From positions 10,848-74,847 of the forward strand of contig JAHBWU010000005.1 in assembly GCA_019636835.1 (NCBI GenBank): a DNA stretch of 64,000 bases, given 5' to 3'. This document shows positions 38,892 through 48,453 of this stretch, piece by piece. Origin of the DNA: Nitrospira sp. (GTDB lineage: Bacteria > Nitrospirota > Nitrospiria > Nitrospirales > Nitrospiraceae). How positions within the stretch are numbered: the stretch's first letter is position 1; each line of letters opens with the position of its first letter. The notes below the pieces were generated by a model, which saw only the letters and a program-made list of their open reading frames with translations, did no database searches and had not been told where the DNA came from. Both the position numbers and the translations under genes were made by a program.

Positions 38892-39734
38892 ATGGTGTCC
38901 TCTACCCCTCTCAATCTCGATAGTATTCGCAGCACCCTTACGACCACGTCGCTTGGTCACGCCCTGTATCTTCACCAAGATCTCCCCTCGACCAACAAGG
39001 AGGCATTGTCGCTTGCTCAGAACGGCGCACGAGACGGCACCGTCGTCATTGCGGAAAGCCAGTCAGGCGGCTACGGCCGACATGGGCGCACCTGGTTTTC
39101 TCCGCCGGGATTGAATATCTATTGTTCCGTCATTGTACGGGGGATGGGGGAGCACCTTTCGCTTTCGCAATGGTTATCCTGGGTGCCGCTTGCCAGCGCG
39201 CTGGCCGTAACCGAGGCCGCCCAACAGGTAGCCGCTGTATCTCTTTCCCTGAAGTGGCCGAACGACCTGCTTCTCCATGAACGCAAGGTCGGCGGGATTC
39301 TCTGTGAGAGCAGCTTCGCCACCACCAATGACCCGGTCGTGGTCATTGGAATCGGGCTCAATGTGAATCTCCCCCAGATGTCTTTTCCGGAAGAATTGCG
39401 GCCGATTGCGACCTCATTACTGGAAGCCTCACGACAATCGATCGACCGCAATCGACTCATTGCTCAACTGCTCCTGGAACTTGAACACTGCCTTGGCGAG
39501 CTTCGGACTCATGGAGTAGTCAGGCTGCGACAGGCCTATACGGCTCGCTGTGCCACGCTGGGACGCCGAGTTCGCGTCCTGTTCACGAATGAGCAACCGA
39601 TCGTCGGCATCGCAGAAGCTCTCTCTGCCGACGGCGCGTTGCAAGTGAGACCCTTGTCACCTCACCCTCGCTCACAACCGATGCCTCTCGTCGAGGTCCG
39701 GGCAGCCGATGTCATTCATCTAACAGGCTATTGA
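38892..39734 (+). CDS. birA: Biotin--[acetyl-CoA-carboxylase] ligase (no HTH)
   Basis: STN, GYGRHGRTWFSP, KWPND, KVGGIL and GIGLN motifs. Confidence 0.93.
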   Translation: MVSSTPLNLDSIRSTLTTTSLGHALYLHQDLPSTNKEALSLAQNGARDGTVVIAESQSGGYGRHGRTWFSPPGLNIYCSVIVRGMGEHLSLSQWLSWVPLASALAVTEAAQQVAAVSLSLKWPNDLLLHERKVGGILCESSFATTNDPVVVIGIGLNVNLPQMSFPEELRPIATSLLEASRQSIDRNRLIAQLLLELEHCLGELRTHGVVRLRQAYTARCATLGRRVRVLFTNEQPIVGIAEALSADGALQVRPLSPHPRSQPMPLVEVRAADVIHLTGY

Positions 39735-39848
39735 AAAAGTCCACCAGCGGCGTTCTCGCGGTGCTTAGAGGCTCAACGTACGGCTCAGAGTACGCTTCGC
39801 CTCTTTGCTTGCTGCGGCCTTGCTGGTCGACCTTTTTGACCAGCCTGT
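39723..39848. mobile_element. 126-bp MITE-like palindromic element
   Basis: Terminal inverted repeats ACAGGCTATTGAAAAAG / CTTTTTGACCAGCCTGT; nested internal stems (CCAGC/GCTGG, AGAGGC/GCCTCT, CGTAC/GTACG); no transposase. Confidence 0.8.
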
Positions 39849-39960
39849 GGGTTCTTGTGAGATAGCCTGAGACTTTTCAATCTCCCGGTATTCCACACTT
39901 GCAAAATAGTTTGTCAACCTCCTGCTGAGAGAGTAGCGAAAGAGCACGAGGCCGGGTAGA

Positions 39961-40758
39961 ATGAATCCGATGCTATTGGCGATCGACATCGGAAATACCA
40001 ACGTTGTCGCAGGAATCTTTGACGGATCGATTCTGCTGACTCATTGGCGGTTGGCGACTGATCCAAAGACGACTGCCGATGAGTACGGTGTCCTTTGTCT
40101 CAGCCTCATGGCCCGAGACGGGCGCCTCCCTCAGCAAATCACCGGTGCAATCATCTCCAGCGTCGTTCCCGCCCTCACGGAAACGTTTGAATCGATGGTT
40201 GAAACGTCCTTTGGCTGCACTCCCATCACCGTCTCACCCGAGATGGATACAGGCTTAACACTGAAATACTCGAACCCGAAAGAGATCGGAAGCGACCGCA
40301 TTGTGAATGCGGCTGCGGCCTATGAGAAGTTTCGCTGCGATCTCATCATCGTTGATTTCGGCACCGCGACGACATTTTGCGCGATCAGCCGAGATGGAGA
40401 GTATCTTGGAGGCGTGATCGCACCGGGTCTGACAATTTCCGCGGATGCCCTGTTTGCACGAGCTGCGAAGCTGAGCAAAGTCGAGCTCGCCCGGCCTAAA
40501 ACCGTCATAGGAACCGATACCGCAGGTAGTATTCAGTCGGGGCTCATCTTCGGCTACGCCGGTCTCGTGGATACGCTTGTTCAGCGAATGGAAAGGGAAA
40601 TGGGGCGCGCTTCATATGTGATCGCCACGGGTGGATTAGCCCCGGTGATTGCGCCGGAGGCGCGATCGATTCAACATATTGAACCGTTTTTGACCTTGCA
40701 TGGGCTTGAACTCCTCTATCGCCGTGCAGGAGGCGCGGGCCTGAAGCAATGGGCCTAA
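39961..40758 (+). CDS. coaX: Type III pantothenate kinase
   Basis: IDIGNTN, SSVVP, IGSDR, DFGTATT and ATGG motifs. Confidence 0.96.
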   Translation: MNPMLLAIDIGNTNVVAGIFDGSILLTHWRLATDPKTTADEYGVLCLSLMARDGRLPQQITGAIISSVVPALTETFESMVETSFGCTPITVSPEMDTGLTLKYSNPKEIGSDRIVNAAAAYEKFRCDLIIVDFGTATTFCAISRDGEYLGGVIAPGLTISADALFARAAKLSKVELARPKTVIGTDTAGSIQSGLIFGYAGLVDTLVQRMEREMGRASYVIATGGLAPVIAPEARSIQHIEPFLTLHGLELLYRRAGGAGLKQWA

Positions 40759-40844
40759 CCTCATAGTACCCGCATCATTTTTTTCCCTTTACCCGTTGAC
40801 TTCCCTCCTCCTATGGATATCTCCCCGCTTGTATAGGTATCAGG

Positions 40845-41426
40845 ATGAGTGACGATCAAGATCAGGAAAATACAAACGCCAATACAATCGAGAGTTTAGA
40901 GGAAGACTCTTCGGTCGCAGACACAGGCTCCTCCGTTCAGGACGAACTGTCCCGCAAGACCGAAGAATGTAAAGCGACCAATGACAAGTACCTCAGACTG
41001 GCCGCAGAATTTGAAAACTATAAACGGCTGACACAACGCGACCAGCGTGAGCAGATTCGATTTGGGAATGAACAGCTTCTCAAGGAGCTGCTGCCGGTTG
41101 TCGATAACATGGAGCGTGCGATCAAGGCGGCTCGGACGAACGGAAGCGATGTGGCGCTCGTCCAGGGTGTGGAACTGACGCTCAAGCAACTATCCGGCAT
41201 CCTGACCAAATTCGGTGTGCAGGCGATCGAAACGGCCGGCCAGGACTTCGACCCAAGCGCTCATCAAGCCGTCTCATATGGACCGTCGAACGATGTTCCG
41301 GCTAATAAAATATTGGACGAGTTTCAAAAAGGGTATCGGCTGCACGATAGGATTCTGCGGGCGGCAATGGTCAGCGTATCGTCAGGTCCAGCCCAACCAA
41401 GCGAACATGATTCAACGACGAATTGA
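40845..41426 (+). CDS. grpE: Nucleotide exchange factor GrpE
   Basis: LRLAAEFENYKR, LLPVVDN.ERA, FDP..HQA and KGYRLHDRILRAAMV motifs. Confidence 0.97.
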   Translation: MSDDQDQENTNANTIESLEEDSSVADTGSSVQDELSRKTEECKATNDKYLRLAAEFENYKRLTQRDQREQIRFGNEQLLKELLPVVDNMERAIKAARTNGSDVALVQGVELTLKQLSGILTKFGVQAIETAGQDFDPSAHQAVSYGPSNDVPANKILDEFQKGYRLHDRILRAAMVSVSSGPAQPSEHDSTTN

Positions 41427-41467
41427 CCTGATTCAGTCGTCGTTGTCGAGAAGGAAGGAGTCCACCA

Positions 41468-43387
41468 ATGGGTAAAGTCATCGGTATCGACCTCGGGACC
41501 ACCAACTCTTGTGTGGCGATTATGAGCGGCGGAGATCCCGTTGTGATCGCCAACGCCGAAGGGAGCCGGACCACCCCTTCCGTCGTTGCCATCACCGATA
41601 AAAGCGAACGGCTGGTCGGTCAAATCGCAAAACGGCAGGCGATTACCAATCCCGAGAACACCGTTTTCTCCGTCAAGCGCCTGATGGGGCGCAAGTTCAA
41701 GAGCCGCGAAGTCCAAGAAGCCCTGAAGCGGCTTCCCTATAAAGTCGTTGAGGCCGACAACGGTGACGCGCACGTGGAATTGCGCGGCAAGCGCTATAGT
41801 CCGCCGGAAATCTCGGCGATGATTCTGCAGAAAATGCGGCAGACCGCTGAAGACTACCTCGGGGAAAAGGTCACTGAGGCCGTTGTGACGGTCCCTGCCT
41901 ATTTTGACGACAGCCAGCGTCAGGCGACCAAAGATGCCGGCCAGATCGCCGGCCTGAACGTCCTGCGGATCATCAATGAGCCGACCGCTGCCTCCCTTGC
42001 CTACGGTCTGGACAAGAAGAAGGATGAACGGATCGCCGTGTATGATTTGGGCGGCGGCACCTTCGACATCTCCGTGCTTGAAATCGGGGAAGGCGTCTTC
42101 GAGGTGAAATCCACCAATGGCGACACCTACCTCGGCGGTGATGATTTCGATCAACGTGTGATGGATTGGCTGGTCGATGAATTCAAAAAAGACCAGGGCA
42201 TCGATCTGCGGAAAGACCGGATGGCGCTCCAACGTCTGAAAGAATCGGCGGAACGGGCCAAGATCGAACTGTCGTCGTCTCAAGAAACCGAGATCAACCT
42301 GCCGTTCATCACCGCCGATGCCAGCGGCCCCAAACATATGGTCATCAAATTGACGCGGGCCAAGCTGGAACAGTTGGTAGACGATCTCATTCAACGCACG
42401 ATCGAACCCTGCCGCAAAGCCTTGTCCGATGCGGGCGTCACGGCCAAGGATATCCAAGAAATCGTGTTGGTCGGCGGCATGACCCGCATGCCCAAAGTGA
42501 TTCAGGTCGTGAAGGACTTCTTTGGGAAAGAACCGCACCGTGGGGTGAATCCCGACGAAGTCGTCGCCATCGGGGCCGGCATCCAAGGCGGAGTCCTCAA
42601 AGGAGAGGTCAAGGACGTCTTGCTTCTCGATGTGACTCCCTTGTCGTTGGGTATTGAGACGCTTGGCGGCGTATTCACCAAGCTCATCGAACGCAACACG
42701 ACCGTTCCAACCAAGAAAAGCCAAGTGTTCTCGACGGCAGCGGACAACCAAACGGCGGTCACCATCCGCGTCTTCCAAGGCGAACGGGAAATGGCCAATG
42801 ACAACAAACTGCTCGGGCAGTTCGATTTGGTCGGCATTCCACCGGCGCCTCGCGGCATGCCGCAGATTGAAGTGACGTTCGATATCGATGCCAACGGCAT
42901 CGTGCACGTGTCGGCAAAAGATCTGGCCACGCAGAAGGAACAATCCATCAAGATCACGGCGTCCAGCGGTCTGAGCAAAGACGAAGTCGAGAATCTCGTT
43001 CGAGACGCGCAGTCGCACACGGAAGACGACAAGAAACGCCGCAAACTGGCGGAGGCCAAGAACCAGGCTGATAATCTGGTCTACCAAACGGAAAAAAACA
43101 TCACGGAATACGGAGACAAAGTCTCCGACGAGGAAAAGACGAAAATCCAGGATGCCGTCGCAGCCGTCAAGAAGGCACTCGAGGGGACCGATGCCGAAGC
43201 GATCGAATCGGCGACACAGTCACTCATGACGGCGTCGCACAAGTTAGCCGAAGCGATGTACAAGAAAGCAGCCGCATCTCCAGGCCCGCAACCGGACGCT
43301 TCCACAACCAGCGGCACCGGCGAGACGAAGACCGATGAGAAAGTCGTGGACGCAGAATTTGAAGAAGTAGACAAAGACAAGAAATAG
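41468..43387 (+). CDS. dnaK: Chaperone DnaK
   Basis: [27 protein letters not shown] and DAEFEEV motifs. Confidence 0.99.
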   Translation: MGKVIGIDLGTTNSCVAIMSGGDPVVIANAEGSRTTPSVVAITDKSERLVGQIAKRQAITNPENTVFSVKRLMGRKFKSREVQEALKRLPYKVVEADNGDAHVELRGKRYSPPEISAMILQKMRQTAEDYLGEKVTEAVVTVPAYFDDSQRQATKDAGQIAGLNVLRIINEPTAASLAYGLDKKKDERIAVYDLGGGTFDISVLEIGEGVFEVKSTNGDTYLGGDDFDQRVMDWLVDEFKKDQGIDLRKDRMALQRLKESAERAKIELSSSQETEINLPFITADASGPKHMVIKLTRAKLEQLVDDLIQRTIEPCRKALSDAGVTAKDIQEIVLVGGMTRMPKVIQVVKDFFGKEPHRGVNPDEVVAIGAGIQGGVLKGEVKDVLLLDVTPLSLGIETLGGVFTKLIERNTTVPTKKSQVFSTAADNQTAVTIRVFQGEREMANDNKLLGQFDLVGIPPAPRGMPQIEVTFDIDANGIVHVSAKDLATQKEQSIKITASSGLSKDEVENLVRDAQSHTEDDKKRRKLAEAKNQADNLVYQTEKNITEYGDKVSDEEKTKIQDAVAAVKKALEGTDAEAIESATQSLMTASHKLAEAMYKKAAASPGPQPDASTTSGTGETKTDEKVVDAEFEEVDKDKK

Positions 43388-43462
43388 CATAGAATAACGG
43401 TTCAGAGCGTTCAAGTTCTCGACGCGATCGGAAACTCGGACGGTTCTCTACTTCCATACGCA

Positions 43463-44596
43463 ATGGCAGCCGTGTCCAAACGCGATTACTACGATACTCT
43501 CGGCGTCGATCGGAATGTGTCCGACGACGACCTCAAAAAAGCCTACCGGAAACTGGCCCGCCAGCACCACCCGGACCTCCACGTCGGCGAGCAGCAGAAG
43601 AAATCCGCCGAAGAGAAGTTTAAGGAAATCAACGAAGCCTATGAAACGCTGAGCGATCAGGAAAGGCGGAAACGCTACGACATGTTCGGTCATGCCGGGG
43701 CACAACAGGGTGGGCCCGGCTTTGACGGCTTCGATTTCGGCCGCGGCGGATTCGGAGACGTGTTTAACGATATCTTCGAGGATTTTTTCGGCCAAGCGCG
43801 AGGAGGCGGAGCAACTCGGGCCGAACGCGGCAACGATCTCCAATACAACCTCGAAATCACGTTTGAGGAAGCCGTCTACGGGAAAGAGGCCAAACTCAAG
43901 ATCCCGCGCTGGGAGATCTGCATCGACTGCAAAGGGACTGGGGCGAAGTCGGCGACAGCCATCAAGCCATGCGGCAGCTGCAAAGGTGCAGGGCAACTAC
44001 GTTTTCAGCAGGGATTCTTCAGCGTCAGCCGGCCCTGTGGTCAATGTGAAGGCACCGGTCACTTCGTCACAGAACCCTGCTCGACCTGCCAGGGGCGTCA
44101 ACGGGTTTACAAAGAGCGCACCATCGCCGTCCATATTCCAGCCGGTATCGAGACTGGCATGCGACTTCGTCTCTCCAATGAAGGAGAACATGGCCCCAAT
44201 GGCGGCCCGCCCGGCGACCTCTATGTGGCCGTTACCGTCAGGCCTCATCAAATCTTTCATCGCAAGGGCCTCGATGTCGCCTGTGACGTGCCGGTCAACC
44301 TCGTCACGGCCGTGCTCGGTGGAAAAGTCGAAGTCCCGACCCTCACGGGGGCAACCGTCATTAAGGTGCCGCCCGGCACACAACATGACAAGGTCCTTCG
44401 GATTAAAGGGTTAGGGATTCCCAGCCTGAAGGGAGGCTCGACCGGCGATCAGGTCTATACGATCAAGGTCCAAATTCCCACTAAACTGACGGCCAAGCAA
44501 AAAGAACTGCTGATGGAGTACGCAAAAGAAAGCGGCATGTCCATGGAAGCCAACGGCGATGGTTTCTTCGATAAGATGAAGACCTTCTTCGAGTAG
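43463..44596 (+). CDS. dnaJ: Chaperone DnaJ
   Basis: J-domain HPD, G/F-rich region and four CxxCxGxG-type repeats. Confidence 0.98.
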   Translation: MAAVSKRDYYDTLGVDRNVSDDDLKKAYRKLARQHHPDLHVGEQQKKSAEEKFKEINEAYETLSDQERRKRYDMFGHAGAQQGGPGFDGFDFGRGGFGDVFNDIFEDFFGQARGGGATRAERGNDLQYNLEITFEEAVYGKEAKLKIPRWEICIDCKGTGAKSATAIKPCGSCKGAGQLRFQQGFFSVSRPCGQCEGTGHFVTEPCSTCQGRQRVYKERTIAVHIPAGIETGMRLRLSNEGEHGPNGGPPGDLYVAVTVRPHQIFHRKGLDVACDVPVNLVTAVLGGKVEVPTLTGATVIKVPPGTQHDKVLRIKGLGIPSLKGGSTGDQVYTIKVQIPTKLTAKQKELLMEYAKESGMSMEANGDGFFDKMKTFFE

Positions 44597-44624
44597 ACCG
44601 ATCCTCCCAATCTCCAGGGCCTGC

Positions 44625-45365
44625 ATGCCCGTATTTTTCGTTTCTCCTCAGTGCGTCACACCGCCTACCATTTCAATCACAGGCGATCTTCTGATTCACA
44701 TCAAGAACAGCCTACGCGTCGCCATCGGCGAGACCCTATGGTTCGCCGATGGCCAAGGCACCAGATACCACGCCAAAATCACTGATATATCCAAACAAGC
44801 GCTCACGGGGCGTATCCTCGAAACAATCCAGGAACCGCCATGCTGCACACCGCGTCTGATTCTCGGCCAATCGCTCCTCAAAGGGGAAAAGATGGATTGG
44901 GTGATTCAGAAAGCTACCGAACTGGGTGTAGATGAACTCATACCGATTGAAAGCCAGCATAGTGTAGTGCAACTCAAAGCCGACCGTGTGGACAATCAAC
45001 TCGCCAGATGGCAGCGCATCGCCTTAGAAGCCGCCCAGCAGTCCGAACAGTGGCGCGTGCCGACGATTTCCCCGCCACGATCCCTCGCGGCACTTTTAGA
45101 TGGCCGTGCGACCGGCACAATCACTCTCATGCTCGCCGAGCGGCTCAACGGGAAGAGTTTGCAAACGGTCGAGCTACCGCAAGATACGACCAGTTCCGTG
45201 CTGGTCTTGATCGGCCCTGAAGGAGGCTGGAGCAAAGAAGAAGTGGAGGTGGCCGAGCAGGCGAAAGCCGTACCCATTACTCTTGGTCGGCAAATTTTGA
45301 GAGCTGAAACGGCCGCCATCGCGACCATCAGCATTCTCCAATCGCGCCTCGGCAAGCTAGGATAA
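44625..45365 (+). CDS. rsmE: 16S rRNA m3U1498 methyltransferase
   Basis: QKATELGV, IGPEGG and LG.QILRAETA motifs; follows dnaJ. Confidence 0.95.
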   Translation: MPVFFVSPQCVTPPTISITGDLLIHIKNSLRVAIGETLWFADGQGTRYHAKITDISKQALTGRILETIQEPPCCTPRLILGQSLLKGEKMDWVIQKATELGVDELIPIESQHSVVQLKADRVDNQLARWQRIALEAAQQSEQWRVPTISPPRSLAALLDGRATGTITLMLAERLNGKSLQTVELPQDTTSSVLVLIGPEGGWSKEEVEVAEQAKAVPITLGRQILRAETAAIATISILQSRLGKLG

Positions 45366-45496
45366 AGAGTATCCCCTGCTAGTTTTCCGATTCTGTTCTC
45401 ACACTATTTCCTCCCGCCCGTTCATGGTGTAATTGTGATTGACAGAATCGTGCACAACAAGCAATCTTGCAATCCTCAAACCTTCAATGAGGCATC

Positions 45497-45939
45497 ATGG
45501 CACCCATCCACAAACAACTAGCCTCTGGACAATGGGACACACTCTCGCTTGTTAAACAACTCGCCAATGTCGATAGCGACGTCGCCCGAACAGCTCGGTG
45601 GTATGGAAAGGATCAGCAGCGTTGTGAACAAGCCTTCAACCGCACCCAGGAATTATTGGATCTGCGATTGTGGACGATCGGTGGAAAGGCTGGCGGAAAG
45701 AACTCACGCGCACGCGTAAACTGCTGTGCGACGCCATGCTCGGTGGGCAAACCTACGGCAGTGACTTGGCTCCCCTCGACCGCTATTTCTTCCAGTTCGC
45801 AGTAGCAGCCAGAGCTGGTCAACGATTGGCTTGGGTCAGGGATGCACAATGCAAGATCAGACCTTATTTTGCTATCTCTTTGCAACCAGTCTCTTGTATC
45901 CGTGACACACCAGCATCAACGATCGCACTGAGCCTGTAG
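45497..45939 (+). pseudogene. Frameshifted small helical hypothetical protein
   Basis: ORF 45497.. reads sensibly to ...QELLDL. Inserting one A at about 45664 (CTG^CGATT to CTG ACG ATT) continues as TIVDDRWKGWRKELTR...YFFQFAVAAR in the 45670 frame. Confidence 0.6.
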
Positions 45940-45950
45940 AGAGGCAGAGT

Positions 45951-47321
45951 ATGTCCCAGGCTGTTGTTCTGATTCATGGCATCGGTGAACAAAAACCGAT
46001 GAGCACGCTTCGTTCATTTGTCAAAGCCGTGCTACCTCCTGCAGAAAATGGTCGGGAACAATATCGCAGCAAGCCCGATCGTATGTCGGAGCTATTTGAA
46101 TTGCGTCGGCTGACAAGCACTGGACGTTCATCCACTCATTTTTATGAATACTATTGGGCGTATCATGTCGAGGGCACGACATGGTGGCATCTGTTTCAGT
46201 GGTTCACAGGATTGCTTTTCCGAAGACCATCCGATGTTCCGTCAGGACTCAAGACTATTTGGGGGTTCACATGGATGGCGTTGATTGGAATAGTGATATC
46301 GATTCCCTTGGGATACATGGCGGCTATCTATACCGCTGTTACAACCCTGCCGCATTTCAGCTTTGTATGGATCGTGGGTATGATCCTGTTACTGACACTG
46401 CAGGGCTTTATCCTCTATTGGGTAGGCGATGCTGCGCGGTATCTGAGTCCTTCTCCGGAGAATATAGCACTTAGACAAAAGGTCAGATCGGAAGGTGTAC
46501 GATTGCTTCGACGACTGCATCGCTCGCACGAGTATGAGCGTATCATAGTTGTCGGGCACAGTCTGGGGAGTGTGATTGGATACGATATCATCACGCGACT
46601 CTGGCTAGACTATCACCAGTCCTCTAGTTTCAAGAGCCGCCTTACTTCCATTTCAGAACTTTTAGATGCTCATCAGCATCCCCAACCGATAATTGGACAT
46701 GAGCTTCCTAGAAAAGGGAAGGCGCTGGTATCTGATGAAAATGGCAATGCGCTGGGGGATTTTCGAATCGCCCAGTTAGATGGCTGGAAGGAACAACGGT
46801 ATTACAGGAATCCGTGGCGTATTTCTGATTTCGTGACGATCGGTAGTCCATTAGTTCATGCGATGCTGCTGTTAGCCAGCTCCTCGAAAGATTTCAACGA
46901 CCGAAAACAACAGCGGGAACTGCTGACATGCCCGCCCGTGTCTGACAATAAGGGGTATGGGTATACCGATGCTCCCATTGCATTACCGCATTCTGACAAA
47001 AAGTATTCTCCACATATGCTTCACCATGCAGCGGTATTTGGCGTGACGCGGTGGAGTAATCTCTATTTTCCCGCTTTTGGAGGACTCTTTGGCGACTTCA
47101 TCGGCGGTCCCTTACGGCCCGTCCTTGGTCCAGGTATTCGGGATATTCCTGTTCGTTCAAACAGTTGGCGTCGCTTCACTCCGCTGACCCACACCGATTA
47201 TTGGGAGACGAATCGATTGTCAGGTCAAGCCGCTTCGGTACCAGGCTGTCGAGATGCACTTGAGGCGCTAAAAGACGCGCTCGGGCTCGATCGCCTTTAT
47301 GAGTATCGTGTCAATGAATAA
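45951..47321 (+). CDS. Membrane-anchored alpha/beta-hydrolase-fold protein
   Basis: LIHGIGEQ, two central TM helices, VGHSLGSV nucleophile elbow, TIGSPL and THTDYW. Confidence 0.8.
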   Translation: MSQAVVLIHGIGEQKPMSTLRSFVKAVLPPAENGREQYRSKPDRMSELFELRRLTSTGRSSTHFYEYYWAYHVEGTTWWHLFQWFTGLLFRRPSDVPSGLKTIWGFTWMALIGIVISIPLGYMAAIYTAVTTLPHFSFVWIVGMILLLTLQGFILYWVGDAARYLSPSPENIALRQKVRSEGVRLLRRLHRSHEYERIIVVGHSLGSVIGYDIITRLWLDYHQSSSFKSRLTSISELLDAHQHPQPIIGHELPRKGKALVSDENGNALGDFRIAQLDGWKEQRYYRNPWRISDFVTIGSPLVHAMLLLASSSKDFNDRKQQRELLTCPPVSDNKGYGYTDAPIALPHSDKKYSPHMLHHAAVFGVTRWSNLYFPAFGGLFGDFIGGPLRPVLGPGIRDIPVRSNSWRRFTPLTHTDYWETNRLSGQAASVPGCRDALEALKDALGLDRLYEYRVNE

Positions 47322-47454
47322 CTTGAGACTCAGAAATGATGTTACCCATCTCGAAGGCCTCGTCAAGAGGGATAGTCGCTCCTTCCCTCGTCACGTGATA
47401 CGTCAGGCCGGACGCTGCCTGGGACGAGGAACATTTCACTATGGAATGAGAGAT

Positions 47455-48453
47455 TTAGCGGCCTGGTTGTAGATGAACGATAGCCCCGTTTTCCCCACTG
47501 GCCCAACCTTGGGTGGCATCGGGAAAACTAAGACCGAATAACGTGGAAGAGGTGATCGCTTTCCCCTCGCTCCAGGTGAGACCAGCGTCAGTCGTCCGAT
47601 ACAACATCCCGCGTTCACCGACAATCCAACCTTCTTGCGGGCCGGTAAACCGCACTTTTAGCAAATCTATCAGTCTCGTACAGGTCTTTCCACAGGGTAA
47701 GGTTTGGTCAACCCATTTGGCTCCGCCGTCCGTTGTCTGAAACAAGGCCCCCGCATTGCCGACCGCCCACCCGACTGTGGCATCAGTGAAAAAGACATCG
47801 AACAAGGTCACCGCGCTCTGCGTTTCTTGCGGTGTCCAGGTAACACCCCCATCGTCTGTCGAAAGGACGGTGCCCAATGCACCGACGATCGCACCCTTCT
47901 GGTCATTGATGAAGTGCACCGCATAGAGCGCAGCCGTCACGCCGCTGGCCTGTTCCACCCAATGCTGGCCGCCGTCACTGGTATGAAAGATCGTGCCGCC
48001 TCCACCGACAACCCATCCAATCATTGGTGATGTGAAGTACATACCGTACAGCGCTTGCTGAGTATCCAGTGATTGTGGGAACCAAGACTCTCCCCCATTC
48101 GTCGTGCGGCTCAGAAATCCTCCGGCCCCCACCACCCAGCCTCTCGATGAGTCGGCAAAGAACACGGACGTTAACAGGGTAGAGGTTCCGCTCGTCACCC
48201 GCTTCCATTTCTTCCCGCCATCGATAGTCTTCAGTATTGTTCCTCCGGTTCCTACCGCCCACCCGTGCAGGAGCGTACGAAACTGAATGCTCATCAAGGT
48301 TGATTTCGTACGACTCGCCTGGGTGACGATGGAAAGATTGGAGTCACCACTCCAAGCCGATTGAGGAATCACGAGAGTCATACCGAAGAAAACGAAGCAC
48401 GATGCGAGCACGTTCCATCGGCGGGCGCGACCGAGATGGAGCCAACCCGGCAT
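47455..48453 (-). CDS. Secreted YCF48/BNR-repeat beta-propeller protein
   Basis: About seven F....GW.VG..G.I..T.DGG..W repeats plus a signal peptide. Confidence 0.9.
   Translation of the reverse strand: MPGWLHLGRARRWNVLASCFVFFGMTLVIPQSAWSGDSNLSIVTQASRTKSTLMSIQFRTLLHGWAVGTGGTILKTIDGGKKWKRVTSGTSTLLTSVFFADSSRGWVVGAGGFLSRTTNGGESWFPQSLDTQQALYGMYFTSPMIGWVVGGGGTIFHTSDGGQHWVEQASGVTAALYAVHFINDQKGAIVGALGTVLSTDDGGVTWTPQETQSAVTLFDVFFTDATVGWAVGNAGALFQTTDGGAKWVDQTLPCGKTCTRLIDLLKVRFTGPQEGWIVGERGMLYRTTDAGLTWSEGKAITSSTLFGLSFPDATQGWASGENGAIVHLQPGR

Noticed and set aside
40759-40844. CIRCE or sigma32 heat-shock element upstream of grpE
   Set aside because: No TTAGCACTC-N9-GAGTGCTAA is present. There is only a TTGACT hexamer without a convincing partner box.
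41324-43087. 587-aa ORF antisense to dnaK
   Set aside because: Long antisense frames opposite dnaK are a well-known shadow of its codon usage, often misannotated as glutamate dehydrogenase. There is no independent RBS or motif.
47455-48453. Photosystem II assembly function, suggested by the YCF48-like protein
   Set aside because: This is a generic BNR propeller widespread in non-phototrophs, and there are no photosynthesis genes in the window.
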